A DNA stretch of 64,000 nt from Podarcis pityusensis. Lineage: Eukaryota. This document shows, piece by piece, positions 51,470 to 64,000 of this stretch (positions are counted from its first letter, which is position 1; each line of letters starts with the position of its first letter). The notes under the pieces are model-generated. The model searched no databases, was not told the DNA's origin, and saw only the letters and a list, made by a program, of their open reading frames with translations. Location: the NCBI GenBank assembly GCA_964106645.2, contig OZ067041.1, one strand, 5' to 3'. The position numbers were made by a program, and so were the translations under genes.

Positions 51470-51785
51470 CAGTCATCCCAGCACAGGGCTCACACTCTGG
51501 GCCTTGTTTTCTTGACTGGGCAGGAAGAAGATGATCTGAAAGTGGGGGATATTGACATCAGGCCCTTGTCATGGTCAGATCCTGTTGAGATTTAGGCTCT
51601 CAGAATCCTTCCCCCTCTGCAGAGGTGAGGGACCTATGAAGATGGTTTGCTCTCAGATGTTGATAGATGGCTCTACAAGAGTTCATTGCTGAGATGACTG
51701 GCACTCCTGTCAAAGCCCTGGATGACATATGGAACATCTGGCTGGCTCAGGCCATTGACACGATCACCCCTGAGCACCCTCTCCT
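51470..51785 (+). mobile_element. Old L2 ORF2 internal fragment (end of the endonuclease domain)
   Basis: Decayed motifs HTLGLVF (like GHTLDLVF), PLSWSD and AIDTITPEHPL. Confidence 0.6.
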
Positions 51786-54700
51786 ACTTCTTGTAGCCCA
51801 AAAAATCTGGAGGGCACCAGGTTGGCAAAGGCTGATGTAGCTAAATCCCATTGCACTTGAATCGCAAATCTATGCATGTAGGAGAAGTTTCCATAACTCA
51901 GAGTTCAGCATTGTGAATTCTTTAAGAGGATGAGTGTATCAAAAGGAAAGGTTAGGAAGGCTACCGTGCTTTCTGGAAATGTAAATTTCCTTGAAATTGT
52001 CATGGCAGAAAATTGCTTCGTAGAAAAACAGAAGGGGCTGGATGTTGTACATGGAAATCAATCTGTTCCAAAGCACATAAAACATTTTTATTTAATGTTG
52101 CTGTTGGTTTTCTGTTTTCTTTTTTTAAATGTATCAATAGCATCATTATTCTTTATGAAGTGTCCATTCTGCATTTGTCACTATTGCAACAAATAGCCTC
52201 GGTCTTAAGGTGCTTTACTGAAAGAACAGACAGCAATTAGGTCTAGACACTCTTCTCCCACCCCACTCATTTTCCAGCCCAGATAATGTACACTATAATG
52301 CCATCCAATCATGCATAAACTCAACCATCATGCAAGCATAAAGATATTGTTATGAAGCTGCAAAAAAAATACATTCGAAAGTTGTTTTGCCTCTGAGAAC
52401 AGGCATAAACAATAACTATTAAGACAGAAAGGAGGAGTAACCCAAAAGATACACTGCAAAAGGTTCGTGATGTGCTCTGAAATTGGGGATGAGATGGGGA
52501 CAGTCTATCATAAACTGAATGCCTCTTGTAGTACAGATCTTATTGGGCCAGGACACGGGGTTTGGAAACTATATGTCAGTTGGCCTGTGATCTGTGTAAG
52601 CTGCAGAGATGTACCTTAGAAAAGTAATAAAAAATGAGCACATCTGTGTGTTCTGGTATGGGCACCTCTTGTCTTGAGGCAACATCAGAAATGGTCTTTG
52701 GGACACTGTGTAAAGCAGCTGGATAGCCAGGGTAGTCCAGGAGATAGAAGTCCTGGAAAACTGGTGTTCGGAGTCTATTTCAAGCATGGAGTCATTACTG
52801 CAGGTTTTGTCAAGCCACCCATGCCAATCAGTATTAATGATTACAAGTGCAAGGAGACGCTGTGGGGAAGGTGGGTCTGTCCAACTCTGGCACAGTTGCT
52901 GTTCTGATTGCCCTCTACCCATTCTGAAGTGGAGAGGTTCTTGTATCCATAGAGGCTCCATGCACATTTTGGAACCCTGTAAGCAATGTTGAGTCACCCC
53001 TTAAATCAACCGGGTAATGTCTTATGAGAGTCCTTTGCTTGATTTACAAAACTTCAAGCGCACCTCCCTCACTTTGCTTAATCTTTGTGTTTTTGCTTTC
53101 TTAGAAGAACGCTCTGAAACCAGACTTTGATACCTTTCTTACTCTAAAAGTCTCTTTCTAAATCAGAGAAATAATGTTGATGATTTATCTGCAGTGCCAA
53201 AAATCTTCATAGTTGGCACAAGAAGAGCAATAATGTAGATCTCTGCCCCACTCTCTCTGACAGCTTCCCATTTTCAGTATCTCATGAGAAAAAATTGATG
53301 TGGAAGTCACACTGACATGAAGAGATATGTCATTTGTGACATCATTCTCCCCCTGTGCTTTGCACATGACAGGTGTTTGGCATTCTTATTTTAAATCTGT
53401 CCATTCTTCAGTGAAGAGCAAACACTTTAATTCCGTTATTTTCCTGTTACAGGGTGTTAGATTTACAGGCCTTCAGTTGATAACACTAATGAGTTTACTT
53501 CAGGAGAAGTAGATTGGGTTGGGGTGGAGGGAACTTGGAGAGTTTCTCGTACTAATGAGGTTCAGTTTGTTGACAGAATGGTTGGCACCTAATTACTACC
53601 TCCATCAGAAAATGATTTTAAAGCATAATATTTACTTTTACCTCTAGCTGTGGTGAATTGCTGCTTTAATCATCATTCTGCATTTAAAGTCAGTACCTCT
53701 TGTGATGGGAAAATGCCAGTGCAAAATGATGCTTGAAATAGTGAGGCTCTTGGTACTGAGGGGAACTGGCACTGTTGTAATACAGCAGCCATCTTGAAAC
53801 GACAGAGCAGGGCTTCAGTTAATCACAAAATTACAAACTGGGGAAACGTGAGTTCTTCTACTTCTGCCAAGGGATTCTTTAAGGCCTCTCAAACTTCCAT
53901 TTTTGCAGCTGTAAGTGAGGATTAAACTGAATGGTTTCATTGTGGGGTGGTAAGGCTTAAGCCTGTAAAATCTGGAACATACAGCAAGAATTTCCATTGC
54001 TAATGACACAAGGAATGTAGATAAAAATAGGTTTTCAGGTGAACGTTTTAAGATTGCAGTTTCATACTCATTACTTGCTGAGGGTAGTAGATCTCACTGA
54101 CTTTAGTGGGATTTATTTCAGAGTAAACACACCTAGGATTGTGCTTTAAATGTTTTTGGCAGGTCATGCTTGCTCATTCGTTTCTATAATACAAATTCAT
54201 CGTTTATAGTGATCTTAAACAAATGTGTGTAATTTCGTCTGTCACATGCTGGAGGGTGTACACTGTAATTTCTTCATTATGAAAGCAAACGTTTACCTTT
54301 GAGAGGTAAAGCCAAGTATTACTGAGTGACTTTGCTGCCTCTTAAAATATTACCAACGATTTATATGTCTTATTGATGATCATACAGCATGGTAGTATCA
54401 TCCAATCAATTTACAATGTGGTGCATTTCATTCCTTTTTCCCATTCATCATCTCATCTAGCTTTTTGGTCAATATCCCTGCAAATGGAGCCCATCCACCC
54501 TCCTTTTCATTCCCTCAGTGCTCAGTGAATGAGTGGATTTCTGTGAAGCAACCTCATCTAGCTGAAGCATGCTATAGCCCTGTGGCTACTGGTCAGGTGT
54601 CGGGATCTGGCATAGAATATTTTGCAGTACAAGGTTCTCCTAAAGCAGGAGTGGGGGCCATTTAGCTCACCAGAGACTGTTGCACTCAGCCTTGGCCAGA

Positions 54701-55137
54701 ACAGCTAAAAAGCAGGGAGGCAAAATTCAACAACATCTGAAGGGCCCCATGTTCCCAATCCGTGTCAATGTAAAAGCCATACGCTGTATGGATCAAAGTG
54801 AATAATTAGATGGAGAAAGGCATTTTGGTGACAAGTGGTGGGAAGACTTTAAAAATAAGGCGTGGAATTCTTTCTGGTTTGTCTGATGGAATCATCTCCC
54901 CCCTCCTTCCATGAGGGGTCTTCATGGGGAGGCATAGGGTGCACATGGAGAGGAGAGGGTGGGGAAAGCCCCACTGAACGAGTGGGAGCCATTGTACTGG
55001 TTTCTGCTAGCAGGGCTGGGTGGCTGAATCTGGCTCAAGGACTATCTTGGGGACGTGGACATCTTTTTAATGAGGTGGATTTTTTAATTCTGGGATTTCT
55101 TTGTAGTCATGCACTTACCCTTGTGTTTCTGTATATA

Positions 55138-55363
55138 CCGTGGTACCTCAGGTTACATACGCTTCAGGTTACAGACTCCGCTAACCCAGAAATATTACCT
55201 CAGGTTAAGAACTTTGCTTGAGGATGAGAACAGAAATCGTGCTCCGGCGGTGCGGCGGCAGCAGGAGGCCCCATTAGCTAAAGTGGTGCTTCAGGTTAAG
55301 AACAGTTTCAGGTTAAGAACGGACCTCCAGAACGAATTAAGTACTTAACCCGAGGTACCACTG
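55138..55363 (+). mobile_element. Tigger-like MITE
   Basis: TIRs with a TA TSD; near-identical to 57833-58058. Confidence 0.88.
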
Positions 55364-56227
55364 TAAAGTGTTCCAGAAATCACTGAGTCCATGAGAGGCA
55401 TGTCTGAGAATAGAAGGCCTTGGTGGGAAGATGGCAGCATTGAGGGCTCAAGTAAGAGCACTGCTTCTGGCTATCTGATAATATTTCACTTCCTCCTGCT
55501 GTTCTAAAAGCAATTCCTGGAAAAGATACCCAGACTAGACATCTTTGCCGAAGTGATTTGGCTCGTGTCACTGGGTGCTATGTTCTTAACCCCACATGCC
55601 TGCCCACCTTCCCTATCAGTGAAAGAAAAAGCCATATATTTCAGCAGACAAGGTCATTGTAAATGGAATTCCTTGGAATTTGTCTACTCCTGAGTAAGGT
55701 CCCAGACTTAAAGAACAATGTCTCCCATTTTTCTTTCTGCAGTTCACTGTTATGTTAAGGATCTTATCTGAGTAGAACAAACAGCAACTGATCATTATCA
55801 GGCCTGTGGCAGATGAACCTACTGGAAAATAATTATACCTACATAGCTGAAAACCATAGAATATATTAAAATGAATATTATTGGGATTTTCCTAATTCAG
55901 ACCACAAACCAATTTTATTTGGTCTCCAGAGGCCCTGCCATTTTTCTTTATTAATTGTTCACAATTTCACTCGTCATGAGGGAAGTTATTTTCAAAAATG
56001 GGGAGAAAAGTACATGGATGTTCAATATTGTTTAAGAGGGGTATATAGCATCATGTCTACAAATCTTATGCCAAAAACGGCAAACCTTATTCCAAAAGTC
56101 TTATAGAACCGCCTTCCACAACCTGCAACAACAAATGCAAAGTCTACCTTTGCATAGTAAATCTGGTTTCTGCATCAAGACAAGCAGTGAACATGATCAG
56201 AATTCAAGGCACATTCCAGCCAGGCAA

Positions 56228-56269
<42 letters not shown>

Positions 56270-56937
56270 CAAATTTATTATTTATACCCCACCCATCTGG
56301 CTGTGTTTCCCCAGCCAAAAGCATTCAAGAAGGGCATAAAGTGGGGCTGGTGAGAGTTTTTGACTTACAGAGAGTCCCAAGAATTAGACCTAGAGACCTG
56401 GGGGCCACTCCGAGCCTCAGGTTCCCCATTCTGGTCTAGAGGCAAAACTTTGTTGCAGAGCACAACAAGGCTGCGAGTGTCACAGGATTTGCCATCAGCA
56501 GTACATTGAATAAGCGAGTGTGTCACGGGATCTGAATTTGTTCCAATCCAATTATAATATTTGGACTTGGTTATTGGTTACTATTCATTTGTCAAATGGG
56601 AATTCATTGCAGTTGGAGCTAACAGCATGCAAATGTATTCCATAAGGTGCCCACTTGCTTAAAATCAAAAACCTTCTGTTGGCATAGCTTGCTGAAGCCT
56701 TCAGCAGCTGGGTACAGTCACCTAACCATTCCCTCCAGCAGCTGTGTTTGCTAACTGGCTCTGCCCTCATTTAAAGTAGCTGTCATGGCAGTCAACTGAT
56801 GTTACTCCAGAGGATCAGAGGGAAGTGAAAATAATTCAGAGTCAACAACTAGCAACTCAACAACAACATCAACAACAAAATAGCAGCCAAAACAAAGCAA
56901 ATAAAATTTCAAAAGGAAGGGAAAGCATCCCAGAATA

Positions 56938-56950
56938 TTATATATATATA

Positions 56951-56998
<48 letters not shown>

Positions 56999-57009
56999 TA
57001 TATATATAT
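56938..57009. repeat. (TA)n(TG)n(TA)n microsatellite
   Basis: Seen directly. Confidence 0.95.
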
Positions 57010-57832
57010 CTCCAGCTGGCAAGTTAAGACTGGCATTTATTACAAACCTCTAGAACAGGTCAACATCTCCCTACTGAAATCCGACCAAGTTGATGTATAA
57101 TTTTTTTAAAGGAAAATTTTAAATAAATCAACCAAACCACCAAGTAGGGTGAGCAAAACAAACAGGAAGCTCCGTCTTTCAAATCTGGCTCTCAAATTAC
57201 ATTTGCTGTAGTGATAATAAGTGTATTATTGCTGCAAAGGGGATCAGAATAGCATGGCAACGATTCCTGTCAGCATATTTGTGCAACTGTTGTGAATGAG
57301 CCCCCCCCCCTTGTCTAAAGTTTCTGCTGTGTTCAGACTTTCTTTGGCCCACAATGTGTGAAAAACGGGCTGTGTTGGTGTGCAAGCGGGGGGTGGGGCT
57401 CAGTTGATATGCCACAGCACAGTCTATGTCTGTGGAGGTTTGTTTCAACCACTTCTCTTCCACTTTGGAATGCTTGCCTAGTTCACTTCATGCTTTAACT
57501 TAAGTGTAAAGGGGATCCACTGAATCAAAGTGTAGTAAAGCCTTGCTCCCGATGTTGCGTCCACTAACTGGGCTCTGTCTCCATGTGTTGGGAGAAGGAC
57601 TGAGTGGACAATCAGTTGTATTGCTGGAGGCTCTTCCATGTGACTGGGTAAACCTTTATCCTTTTGTCATGTGGAGTCCATGTAGCAGAGCCAGGGCCGG
57701 ATTTAGGTTTGATGAGGCTCTAAGCTACTGAAGGTAATGGGGCCCTTTATTATGTCCAGCTGTCCTTTGTCAACAACAAATTGTCGCTGTTTTTTGTGTT
57801 GAATATATGCTATATGATAATTTATGGACTTA

Positions 57833-58058
57833 CAGTGGTACCTCGGGTTACATATGCTTCAGGTTACAGACTCCACTAACCCAGAAATAGTACCTTAGGT
57901 TAAGAACTTTGCTTCAGGATGAGAACATAAATCATGCTCCGGCGGCATGGCGGCAGCGGGAGGCCCCATTAGCTAAAGTGGTGCTTCAGGTTAAGAACAG
58001 TTTCAGGTTAAGAACGGACCTCCAGAACGAATTAAGTTCTTAACCCGAGGTACCACTG
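57833..58058 (+). mobile_element. Tigger-like MITE (nested)
   Basis: TIRs CAGTGGTACCTCGGGTTA / TAACCCGAGGTACCACTG with a TA TSD. Confidence 0.9.
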
Positions 58059-58158
58059 TAATAGGTATCTAAAGCCATTTGCACATAACAAATATGTATT
58101 TTATCACAGTAATTGTGGAAGTGAAATACAATTAAGAAGTAGTATATTAATAGTATAA

Positions 58159-58460
58159 GGGATGCGGGTGGCACTGTGGGTTAAACCACAGAGCCTAGGA
58201 CTTGCCGATCAGAAGGTCGGCGCTTCAAATCCCTGCGACGGGGTGAGCGCCCGCTGCTCAGTCCCTGCTCCTGCCAACCTAGCAGTTCGAAAGCACCTCA
58301 AAGTGCAAGTAGATAAATAGTGGGAAGGTAAATGGCGTTTCCCTGCGCTGCTCTGGTTTCACCAGAAGCGGTTTAGTCATGCTGGCCACATGACCCGGAA
58401 GCTCCCTCGGCCAATAAATCGAGATGAGCACTGCAACCCCAGAGTCGGTCCCTTTACCTT
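58159..58460 (+). mobile_element. Sauria SINE with internal deletions (nested)
   Basis: Head GGGATGCGGGTGGCACTGTGGG; CTTTACCTT tail; TATATTAATAGT duplicated at 58143-58154 and 58461-58472. Confidence 0.9.
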
Positions 58461-61400
58461 TATATTAATAGTGATTTTTTTGGGGGGCCCCCAAGAGAGT
58501 GGGGCCTTAAGCTATAGCTTGTTTATCTTATACGTAAATCCAGCACTGAGCAGAGCCTATGAAGGCAGCTTCTGTTTGCACCCTTTCTTCTCTCTCTGTG
58601 AGGACTACTGTGCCACCCCGGCACAGTGAGCCATTTCCCATGTCTGCCATATTCACAGTGGAAGGAGAGAGAGTCGGAGCAGGTTGTGCAATTACCTTGT
58701 GTGCCTTGTGTGCTTTGAAGGAGCTGGCCTGGGGGAAAAAAGCAACAGCTAAGGGAGCCTTAGGGTACATGACATCTAGAGAACCAATTCTGTTGTTCTC
58801 GAGTCTGGGAAGTTTGTTTTCAAAGAGTTCTCAAAGCCTTCACTAAGGAACATTTCCAAGGAAATCATCATTGATTTGATTTATTATATTTCTATTTCAT
58901 GACAATTAAAACTAATAGAAAAACTGAATCATTTGTCAATATTGCCCTGTAAGCCAGCTGCGTGACCTGAAGTCCAACAGATACTTCAGATGCAGGGCCA
59001 GAATGAGATATGTATACAGACACGTTTATCAGAGAATTACAGGAGAGAATATGACTTGCCAGCTGTTGGGACTGATGTGTACACTTGAGATGGCGAGGTG
59101 CTGTAGCAGTCATGGGAAATATGCAGCAACAGATGAACAGCCCTTTGCAGCACCTCTGCCTGTTGTTCATTTGGCCATTTCTTCTCTGCCGCCTCATGCG
59201 CTTAGACCCCCGCTGCCCCTCCTCAGCATCAATACAGAACTCTAGTCCTCCCAGCATTAATTAGCTTAATGTTTGGCATTCAGATAGCTGAGGGTTAATC
59301 CTCTGTCTCCTTTCATTTTTCAACAAGTGAGCCTCTTGGCCATCTGTGCTAGAGGATTCGCTGACAGGACCTTAATCTAAGCTGAGAGAGATTGATTTCA
59401 GGCTCTCTTTTCCTGTTTTATGGCCACCTTTTGTTCATTACCACATTTCTATCAAGCAAATGAACAGCCAAGCGAGGCCATGTGTTTTGCTGACATTTTC
59501 ATGAGAGGATTTGGTATTGCCAGCCGTACAATAGTTGAAGATCTCAAAGGTTAATGTACCCTCAGGATTGTGTAGTCTGATTCTCCCCTTCCTGAAACCT
59601 AAATGCATAATCACCTCCTTAATCAATGCCTTTAACCTTTCTGAATTTCATCTGAGATGTAATGTTATAATGAATCCAAGATTCAAAGGGTGAAATGAGT
59701 GGGAAATGGTGGCAAAGCGTCTTCTCTGAAGTGGAGGTGGTGGGGGAGGAGGAATGAAATGGCTTTTGAGAAAAATATATATAACAGGCTGCTGTTATCT
59801 TGGCAGTTCTGCCACATCATGGGCTGCAATGATATAATGGCCCCTGAGCAAGAGGTAGGCTGTGTGGGCTGTTGATGCAGATGCCATAAGACAGGCCTAT
59901 CGAGACAACTGCAGCATACCAGTGCTGTACTGGGTGGTTTGCCAGTGTTTGAAAATCCTTTTATTTTGCAATCTTTACTGGGCAGCAAAAAGAGGTTGAT
60001 AGATTCTCTGGTGGATTGCCATACATGGCTGGGCTCATCAAGCTTGATGAGTTACAGGTTGTGCACTAAAGCAGCAAATAAGATGTAGAGTTCATCTGAT
60101 ACAGGATGTGTATGGCAATGTGCCATGTTTCTCTGTGTGCAAACCTATATATGACATACTCACATGGTTGCATTGCCCTGCGTTCAACTGTCACAGACCA
60201 AGGTGAAGAGATACATCCTCAATTAAGAGGGAAGTTTCACAGTTTGGGAGACATGAAGGAGAAGACTCTCTTACCAGGCCATCACCCCTCGCTCCTCTGA
60301 GGGAGATGGCACCCTAAGATGGCCTATCTATCTTGTAGATTGCAATGTCCTGGCTAGCGGATAAGAGAAGAGAGGCTTTTTCATGCACATGAAATTAGAC
60401 TTCACCTCTCTTCGTTTACTATCATTTTAGAAAGATGGAAGGCTCAAGCTTCACACTCTGCCTTGCTTAGGATACAATCCAACCCCCTGATCCACCATGG
60501 GATGCTGGTGCAGCGTTTATTGTGATGCCCACCAATCTTTTTGCCAGCAGGACTCCATGGAAAGCTCTAAAGCAGGGCATTCTGGCGGTGGGGATGGGCT
60601 GATCTGACCTGGGGTCTGCTGGATTGCAAGCCAGTCCCAACAAAAATGACAAATGTCGTTCATCTTTATTAATGTGAATGCTCCATTGTGAAATTGCATT
60701 GTGGGGAGGGGGTATTTGCTTCTGTATGGGCCATTGAGTTTACTATGTGGTTAATTGTAGCTTCCTCATGTATAGAATCATGACTCTCTCTCTCTCTCTC
60801 CACTTCGAACATGACAGTGTACACCACAATGGCACATGCTGTGCATTCTTAATGCACAGCCACTTGGCTCACTTCTTTCAGCAATTTGCTGCCAAGGCTC
60901 TGCAGAGTGATGGGAAAACTCTCCTCCCCTTCCCTGCAGAATTAATCAGGCAAAAGAACCCAGTATCTTATATAAGGAAAAGGGGGCACTTCATGAGGAT
61001 CGTGTTTCTAATGGTTTGAACTTCAATCATTTTATTATCCCCTGGGGGTAAATTTGCCTCCTGGAATTCATTTTCAGTATTACCCATTATTTCTTTCCAG
61101 GGATTTAAATAAATGTATTTCATCAATTTTTATATCTTGAAAATACATAAATTATAATGAGATTCAGGAAAGCCATATGCACATTTTCCTCTTGAGGACA
61201 GCGTGTATTACAGAATCCTGCTGCTTGTCAATTTCAGTCACATTGATTATTCAACTATTCTGCATTTTCTTATTTCCTGCAATGCGCTGGCCATTTAGAT
61301 GCAGATCAAATAGCTTCCGTTTGATCAATACAGTATGGCTTCCTAAGAGAATGTCATCTCCTTTGTTGTCGTAGTTGTTCACTCAGGTATATCTTTCATA

Positions 61401-61772
61401 ACAGACACTCCTTCCCTACCCTAATAGTATGAAATTCACTATTCTATTTAGCCACCTGTGCACCAGCCAATCATGTGTCCTGTAACTAAAAAGCACCACC
61501 ACTACTTTCACCCCTACTTACTCAGTGGAAAGAACCATCATCTGCAAGTTCAGTTGGTAACAACACAAGTATGTCCAAGTTCATCATTTTGCAAACACAA
61601 AGTCTGATGATGATGATGATTTTTTAAAAGAACTTACTACATTTCCCAAGATCTTAATCATTTCTGATCTGTTAAACAGTTGTCTTTTCCTGCCATTCTG
61701 GGCCCCTCTTGTGGTGATGAAGGTGAAGACAAAGAACAGCGAGAGCCGCCGCCACCTGTTCACTGGCTTGTT

Positions 61773-62017
61773 GAGAGCCAGTGTGGTGTAGTGGTTAATA
61801 GTGGTAGACTCGTAATCTGGGGAACCGGGTTCGCGTCTCCGCTCCTCCACATGCAGCTGCTGGGTGACCTTGGGCCAGTCACACTTCTCTGAAGTCTCTC
61901 AGCCCCACTCACCTCACAGAGTGTTTGTTGTGGGGGAGGAAGGGAAAGGAGAATGTTAGCTGCTTTGAGACTCCTTCGGGTAGTGATAAGGCGGGATATC
62001 AAATCCAAACTCTTCTT
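61773..62017 (+). mobile_element. tRNA-derived SINE (Squam3-type)
   Basis: A box TGGTGTAGTGG, B-box-like GGTTCGCGTC, CORE-like GGGTGACCTTGGGCCAGTCAC, L2-like tail ending in (CTT)n. Confidence 0.8.
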
Positions 62018-62632
62018 GGTATGTTTTCTCTCTTCCTCAAGGCCCAATGGCATGGTAGTCAGAAGTGGTTTGCAAGGTGGGGCAGAGCTGCTCGGCTAGG
62101 TTCAGACTGGTGGGTTTCTGTAGCTTACAGGGAAGCGGAGTGGTAAGATTGTGAGGAGGTCAGCATGGTGCAAACAGGGCATGAGGAGCACTGGATTGGC
62201 TCCACCAGTGTTTTTGCACCATGCTGAGCTCACTACCTGTTTGCCCCTCCCTCTCACAGTAAGTAACTGTGATTCAGTTGGCAGGAGACTGGTGAAGTGG
62301 ATATGCCCTCCTTAGTGAGCCACTTCTGATGGCAGTGATACTGTTACTCCACCTCAGCACATCCATCCCTCTTCCTGTAGAGCAAGCTACTGCAGCAATC
62401 TCTGTTATGTTTTATTCCTAATTGCCAAGAGTTAACTGTTAGCTCACCACCTGCAGAGCTGGACTGAGACCTTTAGAAGCTGTAAGCACTAAAAACATGG
62501 GGCCTCCCTAAATGTAATTCAAAATAAAAACAATACTAAGTCATAGTATGAAATGTTACTTTTTTTTAATGACACAAAACTTACATGTATTCTGAAATGC
62601 ACATCCATATAGATCATGTGCAACATGCACTA

Positions 62633-62988
62633 AAGGTAAAGGTAAAGGGACCCCTGACCATTAGGTCCAGTTGTGACCGGCTCTGGGGTTGTGGTGCTCA
62701 TCTCGCTTTATTGGCTGAGGGAGCCGGCGTACAGCTTCTGGGTCATGTGGCCAGCATGACTAAGCCACTTCTGGCGAACCAGAGCAGCGCACGGAAACGC
62801 CGTTTACCTTTCCGCCAGAGCGGTACCTATTTATCTACTTGCACTTTGACGTGCTTTCCAACTGCTAGGTTGGCAGGAGCAGGGACCAAGCAACGGGAAC
62901 TCACCCCGTCACGGGGATTTGAACCGCCGACCTTCTGATCGGCAAGTCCTAGGCTCTGTGGTTTAACCCACAGCGCCACCCGCATCCC
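62633..62988 (-). mobile_element. Sauria SINE, full length
   Basis: Family sequence; TSD TGTGCAACATGCACTA/TATGCAACATGCGCTA. Confidence 0.93.
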
Positions 62989-64000
62989 TATGCAACATGC
63001 GCTAGATGCCCACTAATTTAGATGGGGATAAGTAATAAACAGAGAACAGAAAAATGTAGTGTGTAAGCAAGTTTAGTAAGCAAGTCCAACAAATTTCTGA
63101 CTTCTCCCTTGATATCTACTTTGATGCTTTTTTAAAAAAAAAAATCAAATGTCAAATTCTTTCCAAAATCAATCTCTCTCTGTCTCTCCGCCCTAAGCCC
63201 ATGCATAGTGTGCCTATTGGATAATGAAGCAGTAACCAGCTTGATATCATTTAGACTATGTGGGCAAGGTAGGTATTGAATCTGTGATAAATGTAAGTGC
63301 TTGTAATGAGATGGAGCCATTCTGTTTTAAGGGGATTGTGTTTATTTAATACAAGCCACATCAGTTAAGTTCAATTGCATCAACAGCTCTCACCTCAGTG
63401 AAGAAAAGAATTAAACGAACCTTTTTGGGCAGAAACCAGGCAGAGATGAACTCTTTCGATTTCAAAGGGAGGGGGGAGAGAGATTTAAGTACGTACTTAA
63501 CTTTTCCACTGAAATCAATGGGGTGTTAAAGTGCTTCACTTGGCTGGGTTACATTGATCATGCTCCGCACCACCAAATGTGTCTGACACTTTTGCTTTGG
63601 TTTTGTCCCCTGCCAAAACCTGTTTGTTTAAGATACTCTTGAGTGAATGGAGGAGAACCTAAGTGCCACTGATAACAAAGATTAATATAATGGTTGCAAG
63701 TTCTTGAGAGCCTTATCAAATATTTCAGAATCTTTAAAACTTCAAGCACTCTCACTTCACGGTACCTTTTTTAAAAAAGGACGTTTCAGTATAAAAACCC
63801 ATCCACTTAACATGTTCCCCTAATTCTCTTCTGCTACCCACCAAATAAATATTTCACAGAAAATCGTGCACATCAAACCTATGCAGTTACTCTGATTTAT
63901 TTAAAGTGCAAGAAGTCTTTAACTAGCAGGGGGGGAAAGAGATTCCCTGCACTGAAGCAGAAGACAGCGTATTCATTCAGCACTCATAAAAATTAGATCC

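Larger units (their letters stand above)
57692..58548. mobile_element. Non-autonomous hAT element hosting two nested insertions
   Basis: Same TIRs as 20433-20880; perfect 8-bp TSD AGCAGAGC at 57684-57691 and 58549-58556. Confidence 0.9.

Noticed and set aside
61773-61850. tRNA gene
   Set aside because: It has A and B boxes but continues into a SINE body and tail; I see no proper cloverleaf or oligo-T terminator.
23000-64000. A second host gene such as MOSPD2, or an endogenous viral ORF
   Set aside because: No ORF resembles a known host or viral protein. The short ORFs are explained by repeats, microsatellites or chance. Small exons or lncRNAs cannot be excluded.

Overview
This is vertebrate genomic DNA, almost certainly from a squamate and probably a lacertid lizard, judged from its Sauria/Squam1-type SINEs, a Squam3-type SINE and Bov-B, L2, CR1, L1 and Penelope fragments. 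It holds one complete protein-coding gene on the + strand, ASB9 (ankyrin repeat and SOCS box 9): seven coding exons between 6584 and 22354, all introns GT-AG, 885 nt, 294 aa. There is a 181-N assembly gap at 22671-22851. The remaining ~41 kb has no recognisable host gene and is dense in transposable elements. Apart from two ORFs that overlap ASB9 exons and one in an L1 fragment, the ORF track shows no recognisable protein. I found no new multi-gene system. The most interesting observations are: a Penelope fold-back carrying a minimal hammerhead ribozyme motif; a Bov-B insertion with a twin-priming-like 5' inversion; a possible SOCS-less ASB9 isoform from intronic polyadenylation; a three-element transposon nest; a chimeric MITE carrying an L2 tail; and two perfect palindromes. 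Family names come from recalled consensus sequences, not database searches.
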